From an uncultured Spirochaetota bacterium (lineage in GTDB: Bacteria; Spirochaetota; Spirochaetia; SZUA-6; Fen-1364), in NCBI GenBank assembly GCA_963734545.1, contig CAVTHO010000004.1, positions 288,001-352,000 of the forward strand: 64,000 bases of DNA, given 5' to 3'. Numbering within the stretch: position 1 is the first letter of the stretch; every line of letters starts with the position of its first letter. The notes beneath the pieces are model-generated. The model ran no database searches. It saw nothing but the letters and a program-made list of their open reading frames with translations, and was not told the DNA's origin. Both the position numbers and the translations under genes were made by a program. Of the stretch, positions 18,853-29,165 are shown piece by piece.

Positions 18853-20824
18853 ATGTCAGGAAAGCGTGCCATCGCTCGTCTCATCGTGGACGGAATGACG
18901 TGCAGCAGCTGCGAGCAGCGCATCGAGAAGGCGGTGCGCGCGCTCGACGGCGTGAGCCAGGTGAGCGCCAGCGCGTCACTCTCCGAGGTGATGGTCTACT
19001 ACGATGTGCACATCGTCACCCGGGAGAAGATACTCGACGCCATCAGAGGCGCGGGATACCAGGTGCGGGATGACCCTGCAACGGCTGCGCTCTCCTCCGC
19101 CGCTGCCCAGGACAAGACGACGAAGTCGGAATCGGGCGGCGTGTACCGCCTCCTCGGCCTTATCGCGGTCGTGGCGGCCATCTATCTCATCATCCGCTAT
19201 ACGGTGGGCTTCACGTTCCTGCCCAATGTCACGCAGTCGATGGGCTACGGCCTGATCTTCGTGGTCGGCCTGCTCACCTCCGTGCACTGCATCGCCATGT
19301 GCGGCGGGATCGTGCTGTCCCAGGGAATCAAGCGGCGCGACGCCGCGGATACAGTGGCGCTGCCGATCGTGGATTCCGCGCCGATCACTGCGAAGCCGTC
19401 ATTGGGGGCCGACCGGATTGAAGGAACGTCTGCTTCCGAGCCTTCTGTACAACGGAGGACGGGTCGTTTCCTACACGATCATCGGCGGCGTCGTGGGCGC
19501 CCTCGGCTCCCTGTTCAGCCTCTCCACGACTCTCAAAGGCGCGATGCCGGTGATCGCGGGCGCGTTCATGCTGTTCCTCGGCGTGCGGATGCTCGGAATA
19601 TTCCCCTGGCTTTCGCGGCTGAAAGTCCGTTTCCCCGGTCTCGGGGGCAGGAAACTGCGCTCCGCCGCGTCAGGGCGCGGGCCATTCGTCGTGGGCCTGT
19701 TCAACGGTCTCATGCCGTGCGGGCCGCTGCAGACGATGCAGGTCTACGCCCTCGGAACGGGAAGCTTTTTCGCCGGCGCTCTGTCCATGTTCCTCTTCAG
19801 CCTTGGGACAGTTCCTCTTCTGCTCGGATTCGGGGCGATCAGCGCATTCCTCAGCGCAAAATTCAATCGCCGAATGTTGAAGGCCAGCGGCGTTCTGGTC
19901 ATGGCGCTCGGCCTCGTCATGTTCACCCGCGGGGTGAGTCTCTTTGGCGTTGCCCTGCCCACGCTCGCCCCGGCAGCGGGCGGCTCCGTTGCCGTGGCCA
20001 AGGTGGTCGGCGACTACCAGGAAGTGAGGACCACTGTCGAATCGGGTGACTACCATCCTTTCATCGTGCAGAAGGGCATCCCCGTCCGGTGGATAGTGAG
20101 CGCGAAAGCGGATGACCTCAACGGCTGCAACAACCCTCTCACCGTTCCCCAGTACGGGATCAGGAAGACGCTGGTGCCCGGTGACAACCTCATCGAATTC
20201 ACCCCCGACAAGGACGGGACAATCGCGTACACGTGCTGGATGGGCATGATCTCGAGCTCCATCAGGATCGTGCCGGATCTCAAGCTGCTGACGGCCAAAG
20301 ACCTCTCCGCGCCGGCAGGCGGAGATATCGCGTCCGCTTTCGGGCCCGGAGGGCCGCAGGGCGGCGCCGGGGGGGGATGCTGCGGCGCAACGCCCGGGAA
20401 ATTTGCGAACGGCAAGATCCCGACTGACGTCATCCAGATTGCGAAGCGCACTGCCGAAGGCCAGGTGGCGGACATCGTCGTCGATGCAAACGGCTATACG
20501 CCCGCGGTCATTGTCATGAAGCGCGGCGTGAAAGGGAAGGTGAGGTTCACCGCGGGCAACCTGAGCTCCTGCAACTATGTCGTGAACTTCCCCGAGTACC
20601 GGGGCGGGCTGGACCTCAGGCAGGGGCAGCTGGAGACGCCTCTTCTCGACATCTCCTCCGACTTCACCTTCGAGTGCGGAATGGGCATGCTCCACGGATA
20701 CGTCAAGGTCGTGGACGACACGGACAATGTCGATCTCAATGCGGTGAGGACCCAGGTGGCATCCTTCAAGCCTCGAGCCGGCGCAGGTGGGTGCTGCGGA
20801 AATCAGGCGGCCAGGCCCCAATAG
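18853..20824 (+). CDS. HMA domain + DsbD_2/TauE-like membrane domain + two cupredoxin-like domains; apparent frameshift near 19400-19420
   Basis: GMTCSSCE; GLLTSVHCIAMCGG; YNGGRVVSY; GLMPCGPLQ; YTCWMGM and FECGMGM; GGCCG twice. Confidence 0.85.
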
Positions 20825-20845
20825 TGAGGCGCCGGGCGCCTCACT
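20823..20845. terminator. Hairpin between convergent genes
   Basis: AGTGAGGCGCC-G-GGCGCCTCACT; no clear U-tract. Confidence 0.45.
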
Positions 20846-20876
20846 CGAGTCCCACGGCGCCCTCGTTCCCCTGGAC

Positions 20877-21041
20877 TTATTTGCCGATGTACTTTTTCGG
20901 ATCGGTATCGAACGTGCGCGCACACCCCTGGGCGCAGAAGTAGAAATCCTTGCCGCCGTACGTTCGCCTGGCGGCAGCAGTAGCCGGGTCGATCATCATC
21001 CCGCAGACCGGGTCTTTCACCTTTTCAGCCGTTGCGGCCAT
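20877..21041 (-). CDS. YHS domain small metal-binding protein
   Basis: KDPVCGMMID...YGGKDFYFCAQGC...F..DP.KY; RBS GAGGAGG. Confidence 0.9.
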   Translation of the reverse strand: MAATAEKVKDPVCGMMIDPATAAARRTYGGKDFYFCAQGCARTFDTDPKKYIGK

Positions 21042-21051
21042 TGCTTCCTCC

Positions 21052-21113
21052 TCGCGCCGCCGAAGGCGGATTCGCGCCGCCAAAGGCGGATTCGCGCCGC
21101 CGAAGGCGGATTC
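21052..21113. repeat. Three tandem 20-bp hairpin units between csoR and the YHS gene
   Basis: (TTCGCGCCGCCRAAGGCGGA)x3 with stem CCGCC-GAA-GGCGG. Confidence 0.92.
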
Positions 21114-21119
21114 TATATT

Positions 21120-21395
21120 TCACCTTTCCAGGTACTTCTCCAGTATCATGGAGATCTCGTCGATCTTCTCCGCGCCCTTGTCCGTGCGGATGGCGTCCTT
21201 GACGCAGGTATCCATGTGCTGCTTGAGAATGACGATGTTCGCTTTTTTCATCAGGGCGATGGTGGCGAGGACCTGCTTCGAAATATCGATGCAGTAGCGG
21301 TCTTCCTCCACCATCCGCAGCACTCCGTCGATCTGGCCGCGCGCTGTTTTCAGGAGCGCAAGCGCCTTGTGACTTTCGTGGCTTCCATGATCCAT
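21120..21395 (-). CDS. csoR: Copper-sensing repressor, CsoR family
   Basis: ARGQIDGV..M.EEDRYCIDIS.Q...H.D.CV (C-H-C ligand set); directly downstream of copA. Confidence 0.88.
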   Translation of the reverse strand: MDHGSHESHKALALLKTARGQIDGVLRMVEEDRYCIDISKQVLATIALMKKANIVILKQHMDTCVKDAIRTDKGAEKIDEISMILEKYLER

Positions 21396-23879
21396 TAGTT
21401 CTGCCTCCCCGCCGGGCGGCGTGCACCGAACCGGCGCAGCCGAAGGGCGTTGCTCACCACTGACACGGAGCTCAGGGACATGGCGGCGGCCGCGAAAATG
21501 GGGTTCAGCAGGGGACCGCCGAACAGGTGCAGGACCCCGGCCGCGACGGGGATGCCCAGGACGTTGTAGCAGAAAGCCCAGAAAAGGTTCTGCCTGATGG
21601 TGCGGATGGTGGCCTTGCTGAGCCGTATGGCTCCCGCCACGTCTCCCAGGTCGCTCTTCATGAGAACGATATCCGCAGATTCGATAGCGACATCCGTGCC
21701 CGAGCCGATTGCGATCCCGATGTCCGCCTGCGCCAGGGCGGCGGCGTCATTGATGCCGTCCCCGACCATCGCCACTTTCCGTCCTTCCGATTGAATCCGC
21801 TTTACCGCCTCGGCCTTCTCATGAGGCAGCACTTCCGCCAGCACCCGGTCCACGCCGACCTGCGCCGCGATTGCCTTCGCGGTTCTCTCGTTGTCTCCCG
21901 TAATCATCACGACCTCGAGACCCATGTCCCGAAGGGCCGCAATTGCGCGGGCGCTCGTCGCCTTCGGCACATCGGCCACGGCAATCACGCCGGCCGCAGA
22001 CTGGTCCACCGCGACGAACATGGGCGTCTTTCCCGCAGCGGCCATCGAGCCCGAAGTCTCGACCAGGCTGCCCAGATCGACACCCCGCTCACTCATCATC
22101 TTCTCATTACCCAGGAGGACGGCTCTTCCGTCGATGCGGGCTTCGATGCCCCGGCCCGGGCATTGCCTGGAACTGCTCAAGGGGCAGCAGCGCAAGCGTG
22201 CGGCGCTCCGCGCTCTGCACGATGGCGTCTCCCAGCGGATGCTCCGAGCCCTTTTCCGCGGAGGCGGCGAGCTGGAGCAGCGTCTCCTCCTTCATTCCGT
22301 TGGACAGCACGATGTCGGTGACGACAGGCGCGCCCTCGGTGATGGTCCCTGTCTTGTCCAGTATGATGGTCTGGATCCTGTGCGTCTCTTCCAGCGCGGC
22401 CCCGCCCTTGATGAGGATGCCGTTCTCGGCTCCCCTGCCCGTTCCCACCATGATTGCGGTGGGAGTGGCGAGCCCCAGGGCGCACGGGCAGGCAATGACG
22501 AGCACCGAGGTGAAGATGGTCATGCTGAACGCCACGCTCTGGCCGCTTATCAGCCAGGCGGCTCCCGCGGCGAGCGCGATGAGCATGACGATGGGCACAA
22601 AGTATCCCGAGACAACGTCCGCGAGCTGCGCGATCGGCGCCTTGCTTCCCTGCGCCTGCTCGACGAGCTTGATGATCTGGGCCAGCGCCGTGTCGCTGCC
22701 CACGCGCGTGGCACGGAAAGTGATCGTGCCGTTCTTGTTGATGCTCGCCCCTGTGACCTGGTCTCCGATCTTCTTCTCCACCGGGATGCTTTCCCCGGTG
22801 AGCATGGATTCATCAACCGAGGTGTAGCCGTCCACCACTTCGCCGTCCACGGGGACTTTGCCTCCCGGGCGGACCCGCACGAGGTCCCCCACCTCCACCT
22901 CGGAGATCGGGATCTCTGTCTCCTGCCCGTCATGGATCACGATCGCGGTCTTGGGCGCCAGACCCATGAGCTTCTTGATGGCCTGGGACGTCCGTCCCTT
23001 GGAAACGGTCTCCAGCGTCTTGCCCAGCAGGATCAGGGCGATGATGACCGCGGCCGTCTCGAAGTAGAGGCTGCTCACCGCGGTCATGTCACCCGTGGCG
23101 ATCCTCCACGTCGAATAGAGGCTATAGAGGATCGCGGCAGCGGTGCCGATGGCGATGAGCGAATCCATGTTCGGCGCCCGGTGCCAGAGGGCCTTGCCTC
23201 CCACGCGATAGAACCGGTTCCCGGCGGCAATGGCCGGAATGACGAGGATCACCTGCACCAGGGCGTACACGAGCGGGAACTGCATGGGATCCAGGAACCA
23301 CGGCAGAGGGAACTTCAGCGCAGGAAGCATGTGCCCCATGGCCAGGTACAGGAGCGGCACCGCGGCCGCGGCAGCCACGATGAACTTTGTCCACATCACG
23401 CGGATCTCGTGCGCCTTGCGCTCCGCATCCTGATCAACGGTCTCCGCCGCGTCGATTTCCCGAGGAGTATATCCGGCATCTGTTATCGTCTTCTTGATCG
23501 CCGACAACCGGACCTTTCCTGGATCATAGAGAACGTCCGCCTTCTCCGTTGCCAGGTTGACCGAGACCTTCGTGACGCCTTCGAGCTTCCCGACCACCTT
23601 TTCGATCCGGGCGACGCAGGAGGCGCAGGTCATCCCTCCAATCGGGATCGTGACGTGCTTTGTCTTTTCCTGTTCGCGAAGACCATAACCCGCTGCTTCA
23701 ACGGCCTTGCGGACCGCGCCCGTCTGAATACGGGTCTCATCGTAGACGAGGTGCAGCTTCTCCGTAGCGAGGTTCACGCTCGCCTTCTCAACGCCTTCGA
23801 GCTTTCCCACGACCTTCTCGACCCGGGCGGAGCATGACGCACAGGTCATCCCGGTGACCGTCATTTCCTCGGTTCTCAT
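21395..23879 (-). CDS. copA: Cu(I)-exporting P1B-type ATPase; apparent frameshift near 22155
   Basis: Two GMTCASC HMA domains, [32 protein letters not shown] and MSLSSVSVV motifs. Confidence 0.93.
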
Positions 23880-23894
23880 ACCACTCCTCTTCTG

Positions 23895-23956
23895 ACCCCC
23901 ACCCCTGGTGGGGAGGGGTATGCGCTCAATCTATCCCAGCCTGCGTTGTGTGTCAA
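23895..23956 (-). promoter_or_regulatory. Sigma-70 promoter of copA with CsoR-type operator
   Basis: Minus strand TTGACA (23956-23951), 17 nt, TAGATT (23933-23928); downstream G/C-tract pseudo-palindrome ACCCCC...GGGGTA (23895-23920). Confidence 0.7.
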
Positions 23957-23975
23957 CACAAATCGATCAGCCGGG

Positions 23976-23993
23976 CTTCATAGATCCTTCACA
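23976..23993 (+). promoter_or_regulatory. Direct-repeat box upstream of the CueP-like gene
   Basis: CTTCATA-GATC-CTTCACA, same motif as 18789-18806. Confidence 0.65.
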
Positions 23994-24031
23994 ATGGTCC
24001 GGTACTGTCGGGAGTTCTTCCGGAGGCACAA

Positions 24032-24589
24032 ATGACCACATCTGCGAGGTTCCTCGCTGTCCTTCTGCTCCTCGGCTCGATACGCCCTGGCGCGTTCGCC
24101 GACACGGTCGGTGAGCAGCCATCGCCCAGCTCGCTCGTCAGCCTGACCCCGGAGGCGACCCTCAGCCTGGCCAATGAATGGGGTATGAAAAGCGATGAGA
24201 ACAAGGTCACGATCTGGACATCCAGCCGGGCGTTCAATTTCCAGTTTGCCGACGGAACAAAAACCGTCATCGCGATGCCGGAAGAGCGCATGGTTGTCTC
24301 CATTGCTCCCTACATCATGAAAACTCATCCCTGCAGCGGTCACTATCCGTCCACCTGTCGGGGCGAGCTTGCCAATACTCCCGTGCACGTGACGGCGGTC
24401 AGCTCCGACGGCCGCAAGCTGCTGGACGAAGATACCACTACTCTTGCGAACGGCTTCATCGACCTGTGGCTCCCGCGTGATATCAAGGTTGATGTGTCGA
24501 TAAAGGCGCGGGGACTTCAGGCCACCGTGCAGCTCGGCACCTCCGACACCGACATCACCTGCATTACCACGCCGAAGCTTCACTACTGA
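24032..24589 (+). CDS. CueP-family exported copper-binding protein
   Basis: Signal peptide; VSIAPY...THPC..H..STC.GEL, NGFIDLWLPR, TCITT; copper-island context. Confidence 0.8.
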   Translation: MTTSARFLAVLLLLGSIRPGAFADTVGEQPSPSSLVSLTPEATLSLANEWGMKSDENKVTIWTSSRAFNFQFADGTKTVIAMPEERMVVSIAPYIMKTHPCSGHYPSTCRGELANTPVHVTAVSSDGRKLLDEDTTTLANGFIDLWLPRDIKVDVSIKARGLQATVQLGTSDTDITCITTPKLHY

Positions 24590-25023
24590 GGCTTTGCGGC
24601 GGGCTCCACCGGTAACCGCTTCAGCGGCAAACCCGCCTTCTCCCACTGGATCATGCCGCCCTCCAGATTGAAGACGCGCGTGTATCCCTGGCGCACCAGT
24701 TCCCTGGCCGCAATGTCAGACATGCGCCCGCTTCTGCAGTAAAGGACGATCTTCGCGGACTTGTCCGCCGGGTATCTGTCGAGACTTGCCTTGGTCTGGT
24801 CAAAGGGAATGAATGCATCAGTCAGCGCGATTTCCCCTTCGTAGGGGATATGCACGTTCACGAAATAAAAGTCCTTCTTCGCCAGCATGGCATTCAGTGT
24901 CGCGGAGGTGATATTCAGGTAGCGGCCGCCGTCAGTAGAAACCGACGTTCCCTCTCCGCGCGCGGCAACGGTCGCCGCCATGACGCCAAGAAAAAGCAGA
25001 ATCCCCCTGCACGCGGTCTTCAT
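24583..25023 (-). CDS. Exported rhodanese-like domain protein
   Basis: Signal peptide; IVLYCRSGRMS, NLEGGMIQW. Confidence 0.85.
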   Translation of the reverse strand: MKTACRGILLFLGVMAATVAARGEGTSVSTDGGRYLNITSATLNAMLAKKDFYFVNVHIPYEGEIALTDAFIPFDQTKASLDRYPADKSAKIVLYCRSGRMSDIAARELVRQGYTRVFNLEGGMIQWEKAGLPLKRLPVEPAAKPQ

Positions 25024-25739
25024 CAGCTCCCCTTCCCTTCCTTCATGCGGATGAACTTGCCGTGCCACTCGTGGTACCACACCCAGCCGGTGTACCCATT
25101 CACGCCCAGCATTCCATAGACGCTCCCGTCCTTGTTCAGCACGTGTATCGTGTAGTACCCGTAGAACACGTCCGCGTCATTCTCCACCTTCATTCCCGGC
25201 AGCCGCGCGTCAAGAAACTCCTGCCCATACTTTCGGGCCTGCTCGGCGCTCACCGTCATTTCCCTGCCCGGGTTTGCCCAGGGGCGATAGCCCTGGCGTC
25301 CACCCCAGCCCCAGCCGGGGCCGCCCATCATGCCGCCCCCCATCATGCCGAAGCCCATTTGCCCGTACTTCGTGTTCCACATCATGTTGGGTCCGGGCTC
25401 GGGGATGACTGCCCCCGTCCACTTGTTGATCAGCACCTCGAAAGCGTGCACGCCTCCTGTCTTTTCCGCAACTTCGCCGTAGAACTGGTTGTCGAACTCC
25501 ATCACCTCGGTGAGCTGAAGGTCCGCATTCCAGAAGTTGTTCACATACTGCTCGGCCGTCTGCCATGCCTGATCAATCGTGAGGGCCGGAGCGTTCCCCG
25601 GTGGAGTTGCGCTCCACCAGCCGCCCATCATGCCGCCCCATCCCCCGGGACCACCCGGACCCGGGCCCATCATCTGTCCGAACGTAAGTCCCGATACTGC
25701 AAGGAGCAGTACGGAAGTGATTGTCGCTATCTTGCGCAT
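25023..25739 (-). CDS. Exported Met/Gly/Trp-rich hypothetical protein with two PepSY-like halves
   Basis: Signal peptide MRKIATITSVLLLAVSGLTFG; GGWGGMMGGWW and GFGMMGGGMMGGPGWGWGG; stop overlaps the rhodanese start. Confidence 0.75.
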   Translation of the reverse strand: MRKIATITSVLLLAVSGLTFGQMMGPGPGGPGGWGGMMGGWWSATPPGNAPALTIDQAWQTAEQYVNNFWNADLQLTEVMEFDNQFYGEVAEKTGGVHAFEVLINKWTGAVIPEPGPNMMWNTKYGQMGFGMMGGGMMGGPGWGWGGRQGYRPWANPGREMTVSAEQARKYGQEFLDARLPGMKVENDADVFYGYYTIHVLNKDGSVYGMLGVNGYTGWVWYHEWHGKFIRMKEGKGS

Positions 25740-25761
25740 GTGATCAATATACGGAAACTCC

Positions 25762-25779
25762 ATGAAGGATTTGTGAAGG
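25762..25779 (-). promoter_or_regulatory. Direct-repeat box upstream of the Met/Gly-rich gene
   Basis: Reverse complement of 25763-25779 is CCTTCACAAATCCTTCA, identical to 18788-18804. Confidence 0.7.
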
Positions 25780-25834
25780 ATAATTCCGATTGCTTTTCCG
25801 GCCTTTGTCCCGCATAATCGTCCTGGGAACCCCC

Positions 25835-28048
25835 ATGACAGCGATTTCCGTACCGACAATAGTCATGGCCGGCGTCTCCCTGTACGTCGGCCTCTATCAC
25901 CTGTTGATCCACGCGCGAAGGAAGGGCCATCCGGAGGATCTCACTTTTGCGCTCCTCTGCCTGGCGACATGCATTTACGAAGTGTTGTGCACGGGGCTGT
26001 ACAATGCCACTTCCCCGGCGGACGGAGGACGGTGGCAGCGGCTGCAGTTCATCTCCCTGACGCTGTTCACCACCGCATTCCTCTGGTTCGTAGCCGATTA
26101 CACGCGCCGCCGGAAGGGCATCGTGATATACGCATTCACGGCATACTACGTGGGCGCTCTCATCGTCCAGGCCGTGGATCGGAGCGCCTTCACGTGGATC
26201 TACGCGCTCCCTTCCGTCAAGACAATCCATCTCCCGTTCGGGATCGACTTCACCTACTATGAGGTCACGTTGGGGATCTTCAGCACCATCCAGGGGCTGA
26301 TCGGCCTCGCAGCCAGCGTGTACATCTTCTGGTGCGGCGTGCGCTTTTTCCGGAGCGGCAGCCGCCGGGAAGCCGTCCCCTTGCTTGTCGCATTTGCGGT
26401 CATGCTCGTCGCGGCAATCAACGACACGATAGTGAGCAACGGGCTGTTGGAGTTCGTTTACCTCATCGAGTACGGCTATATCGCAATGATTCTCCTGATG
26501 GCGTTCTCGCTCTCCCGCACCGTCGTCGATGCCGCGATTGCGCGCGAGGCACTGCGGCAGGCGGAGCTGGTGATCGACAACAGCCCGGCCATATTGTTCC
26601 GGTGGCAGAACAAGGAGAGCTGGCCCGTCGAATACGTCTCAGAGAATATCCGGCAGCTCGGGTACGCGCCCGGGGAGCTCCTGAGCGGGGAGATCCCGTA
26701 CTCCTCGCTCGTCCATCCGGACGACCTCGAACGGGTGATGACGGAAGTAAAGACGTATTCAGCGGGCACGCAGGAGAGTTTTCCCCAGGAATACCGGATT
26801 CTCACCCGGGACGGCAGAGTGCGCTCCATGGATGACCGCACAACGATCATACGGAACGACGCGGGGATCATCACCCACTACCAGGGCATCATCATCGACA
26901 TCACGGATCGGCGCAGGATCGAAGCGGAGCTCCTGGAAAGCGAGGAGAAGTTCCGTTCCATCGTGGAGAATGCGCTGATCGCCATCTTCACTGTGAATGA
27001 TTCATACCAGTTCATCTACTGCAATGACGAGCTCTGCCGGATCCTCGGGCGTACCCGGGAGTGGATCCTCGGCCGCGATTACCGGGAGGTCCTGGCACCG
27101 GGAAGCCTTCAACTGGTGTCGGACCGCTATATCATGCGTCAGCAAGGCCAGTCTCCACCCCCGCGCTACGAGGTCGACGTGGTACGCAGCGATGGTGAGT
27201 ACCGGCACCTGGAGATGCACGTGGCAGTGGTAAAGGATGCCGCGGGAAGGCCGCGGACCATGGGCCAGCTGGTCGACATCACGGACCGCACGCGGGCGGC
27301 GGAGGAGATCCGCCGGCTCAATGCCGAGCTGGAGCAGCGGGTCCGTGAGAGGACCGCCGAGCTGGAAGTCGCGGTGAAGGAGCTGGAAGCATTCACCTAT
27401 TCGGTGTCCCACGACCTTCGCGCGCCGCTTCGCGCCATTGGAGGCTACGCGGGTATCCTTCTTCAGGATCATGCCGAACGGCTCTCCGCCGAAGCGTCAC
27501 GCTTCCTCTCCACGATCCAGGCCACGGCCCGTCAGATGGGGCAGCTCATCGATGACCTGCTGAGCTTTTCGCGGCTGAACAAGCAGCCGCTCGTCCTGCA
27601 GACCTGCGCAATGGAGGACATTGTGCGCGATGTCCTGGCCACTTTCGGTGAGGAGAAGGCGGGACGCACCATCGAGGTGACCGTGGAACCCCTTCCCCCC
27701 TGCCAGGGGGACCCGGGGCTGCTGAAGCAGGTCTGGCTCAACCTCCTCTCGAACGCCCTGAAATACACACGAAGATCCGCCAAGGCGACAATCGTGGTCG
27801 GCCACGAAGAACACGGCGCCGACGTGATCTATTTCGTCCGGGACAACGGGGTGGGATTCGACATGAAGTACGCGGACAAGCTCTTCGGCGTGTTCCAGAG
27901 GCTTCACCGTGACGACGAGTTCGAGGGAACGGGAATCGGCCTGGCCATCGTGAAGCGGATCGTGAACCGCCACGGGGGACAGGTATGGACGGAATCGGTC
28001 CCCGGGCAGGGGGCCGCGTTCTATTTCACGCTGTCAGGCTCCCACTGA
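25835..28048 (+). CDS. Membrane sensor histidine kinase (7TM-like, 2x PAS/PAC, HisKA, HATPase)
   Basis: About seven TM segments, VHPDD, DITDR twice, FTYSVSHDLRAPL, NLLSNA, DNGVGF, GIGLAIV. Confidence 0.92.
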   Translation: MTAISVPTIVMAGVSLYVGLYHLLIHARRKGHPEDLTFALLCLATCIYEVLCTGLYNATSPADGGRWQRLQFISLTLFTTAFLWFVADYTRRRKGIVIYAFTAYYVGALIVQAVDRSAFTWIYALPSVKTIHLPFGIDFTYYEVTLGIFSTIQGLIGLAASVYIFWCGVRFFRSGSRREAVPLLVAFAVMLVAAINDTIVSNGLLEFVYLIEYGYIAMILLMAFSLSRTVVDAAIAREALRQAELVIDNSPAILFRWQNKESWPVEYVSENIRQLGYAPGELLSGEIPYSSLVHPDDLERVMTEVKTYSAGTQESFPQEYRILTRDGRVRSMDDRTTIIRNDAGIITHYQGIIIDITDRRRIEAELLESEEKFRSIVENALIAIFTVNDSYQFIYCNDELCRILGRTREWILGRDYREVLAPGSLQLVSDRYIMRQQGQSPPPRYEVDVVRSDGEYRHLEMHVAVVKDAAGRPRTMGQLVDITDRTRAAEEIRRLNAELEQRVRERTAELEVAVKELEAFTYSVSHDLRAPLRAIGGYAGILLQDHAERLSAEASRFLSTIQATARQMGQLIDDLLSFSRLNKQPLVLQTCAMEDIVRDVLATFGEEKAGRTIEVTVEPLPPCQGDPGLLKQVWLNLLSNALKYTRRSAKATIVVGHEEHGADVIYFVRDNGVGFDMKYADKLFGVFQRLHRDDEFEGTGIGLAIVKRIVNRHGGQVWTESVPGQGAAFYFTLSGSH

Positions 28049-29055
28049 ACGATCTCTGTGGCCATCCTCAGCAGTCCCACCGGCACGGGAAGGCCCAGCT
28101 CGTTCATCCTGCCGGGGTTGACCCAGAGCTCGTATTCCGGAGAGATCACCGGCAGGTCCCCGGCGGGGATCCCTGAAAGGATCTTTTTTGCCAGGAGCGA
28201 GGCTTGGAACCCGGCCTTGCGGACATCCGCTGCGTTGCCGAAGATGGCACCCTGCTCGACCGTGAAGCGCTGGCTCCCCGCCACGGGGACGCGCATCATC
28301 GAGGCATAGTCCCTTATCGCCCTCCATCCAATCGGCGAAGTATTGAACATGTCGGGCACGATCATCACCGCATCCACCCGGTCAGCAGGGCGGCGCGCAC
28401 GCTCCTGCATGGCCTTTGCCATTGCGTCAATCGTTGTGACGGGAACCTCCACGAGCGTGATGCCAGCCGCCCGAGCGTGCTCGCGCAGCATGTCGAGCAC
28501 CGGGGGAATGATGGGATACTCCTGGTCGTAGCAGATGAGAAGGCGCTTGACGCCGGGCACAGCCTCCTGAAGCAGCTCGAACCGCTTGGCAATAAGGTCG
28601 ACTCCCGGGTAACGCACACCGGTGATGGCGTCCCCAGGGTGTCGGACACTTTTTACGAGGCCGGAGCCTTCGAGACCGGCGTACGCAAACAGGACAGGGG
28701 TGTTCTTTCCGGCTGCCGCGGCTTTTGCCGCCAGGGCCGGCTCCGTGGGCACGGCGAAGAGAAGGTCCAGCTTCTGATCGATCAGCTCGTTCGCGCCGCG
28801 CCGGATTGCCTCGGGATCAGCGCCAAGAAGACGCGTGAGGTAGGTCACGTTCTTCCCCTCTGCGTATCCCTGTTTCTCCATGCCCTCTTTGAACCCCTCC
28901 ACGGCGCCAACAAAGGAATCACCGCCGCAGATGAGGCCGATTCGGTAGGTGCGGGGGGGATGACCGCATCCCGCGACCGCAATGAGGCAACAGAATCCCA
29001 GCGCGGCCAGAAAGAACCAGCCCGTCCGCGCTTTCGGCGACGAGCCTACTGCCAT
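28021..29055 (-). CDS. Orphan ABC-type substrate-binding lipoprotein (ABC_sub_bind-like)
   Basis: Lipobox-like VAGC; GFKEGM...GY.EGKNV, G.V.S...PG..ITGV, KILSG.PAGDLPV. Confidence 0.8.
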   Translation of the reverse strand: MAVGSSPKARTGWFFLAALGFCCLIAVAGCGHPPRTYRIGLICGGDSFVGAVEGFKEGMEKQGYAEGKNVTYLTRLLGADPEAIRRGANELIDQKLDLLFAVPTEPALAAKAAAAGKNTPVLFAYAGLEGSGLVKSVRHPGDAITGVRYPGVDLIAKRFELLQEAVPGVKRLLICYDQEYPIIPPVLDMLREHARAAGITLVEVPVTTIDAMAKAMQERARRPADRVDAVMIVPDMFNTSPIGWRAIRDYASMMRVPVAGSQRFTVEQGAIFGNAADVRKAGFQASLLAKKILSGIPAGDLPVISPEYELWVNPGRMNELGLPVPVGLLRMATEIVQWEPDSVK

Positions 29056-29165
29056 GACAGACAAACTATACAAGGCGGCAGCCCCGAACACAAGCTCATC
29101 CAGCGCCGCGCGCAATCTTGCCGAGGACAGGGACCCGGACTATAATCAGGCGGGAAATCCACTTC

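Noticed and set aside
1984-21113. Short repeat clusters at 1984, 16776 and 21052 as CRISPR arrays
   Set aside because: Units are directly tandem or irregularly spaced, with only 3-4 copies and no spacers or cas genes.
21891-23837. Long antisense ORFs, e.g. 648 aa opposite copA, 677 aa opposite the hybrid kinase, 545 aa at 6323..7960
   Set aside because: Expected stop-poor antisense frames in high-GC coding DNA; no recognisable domains.
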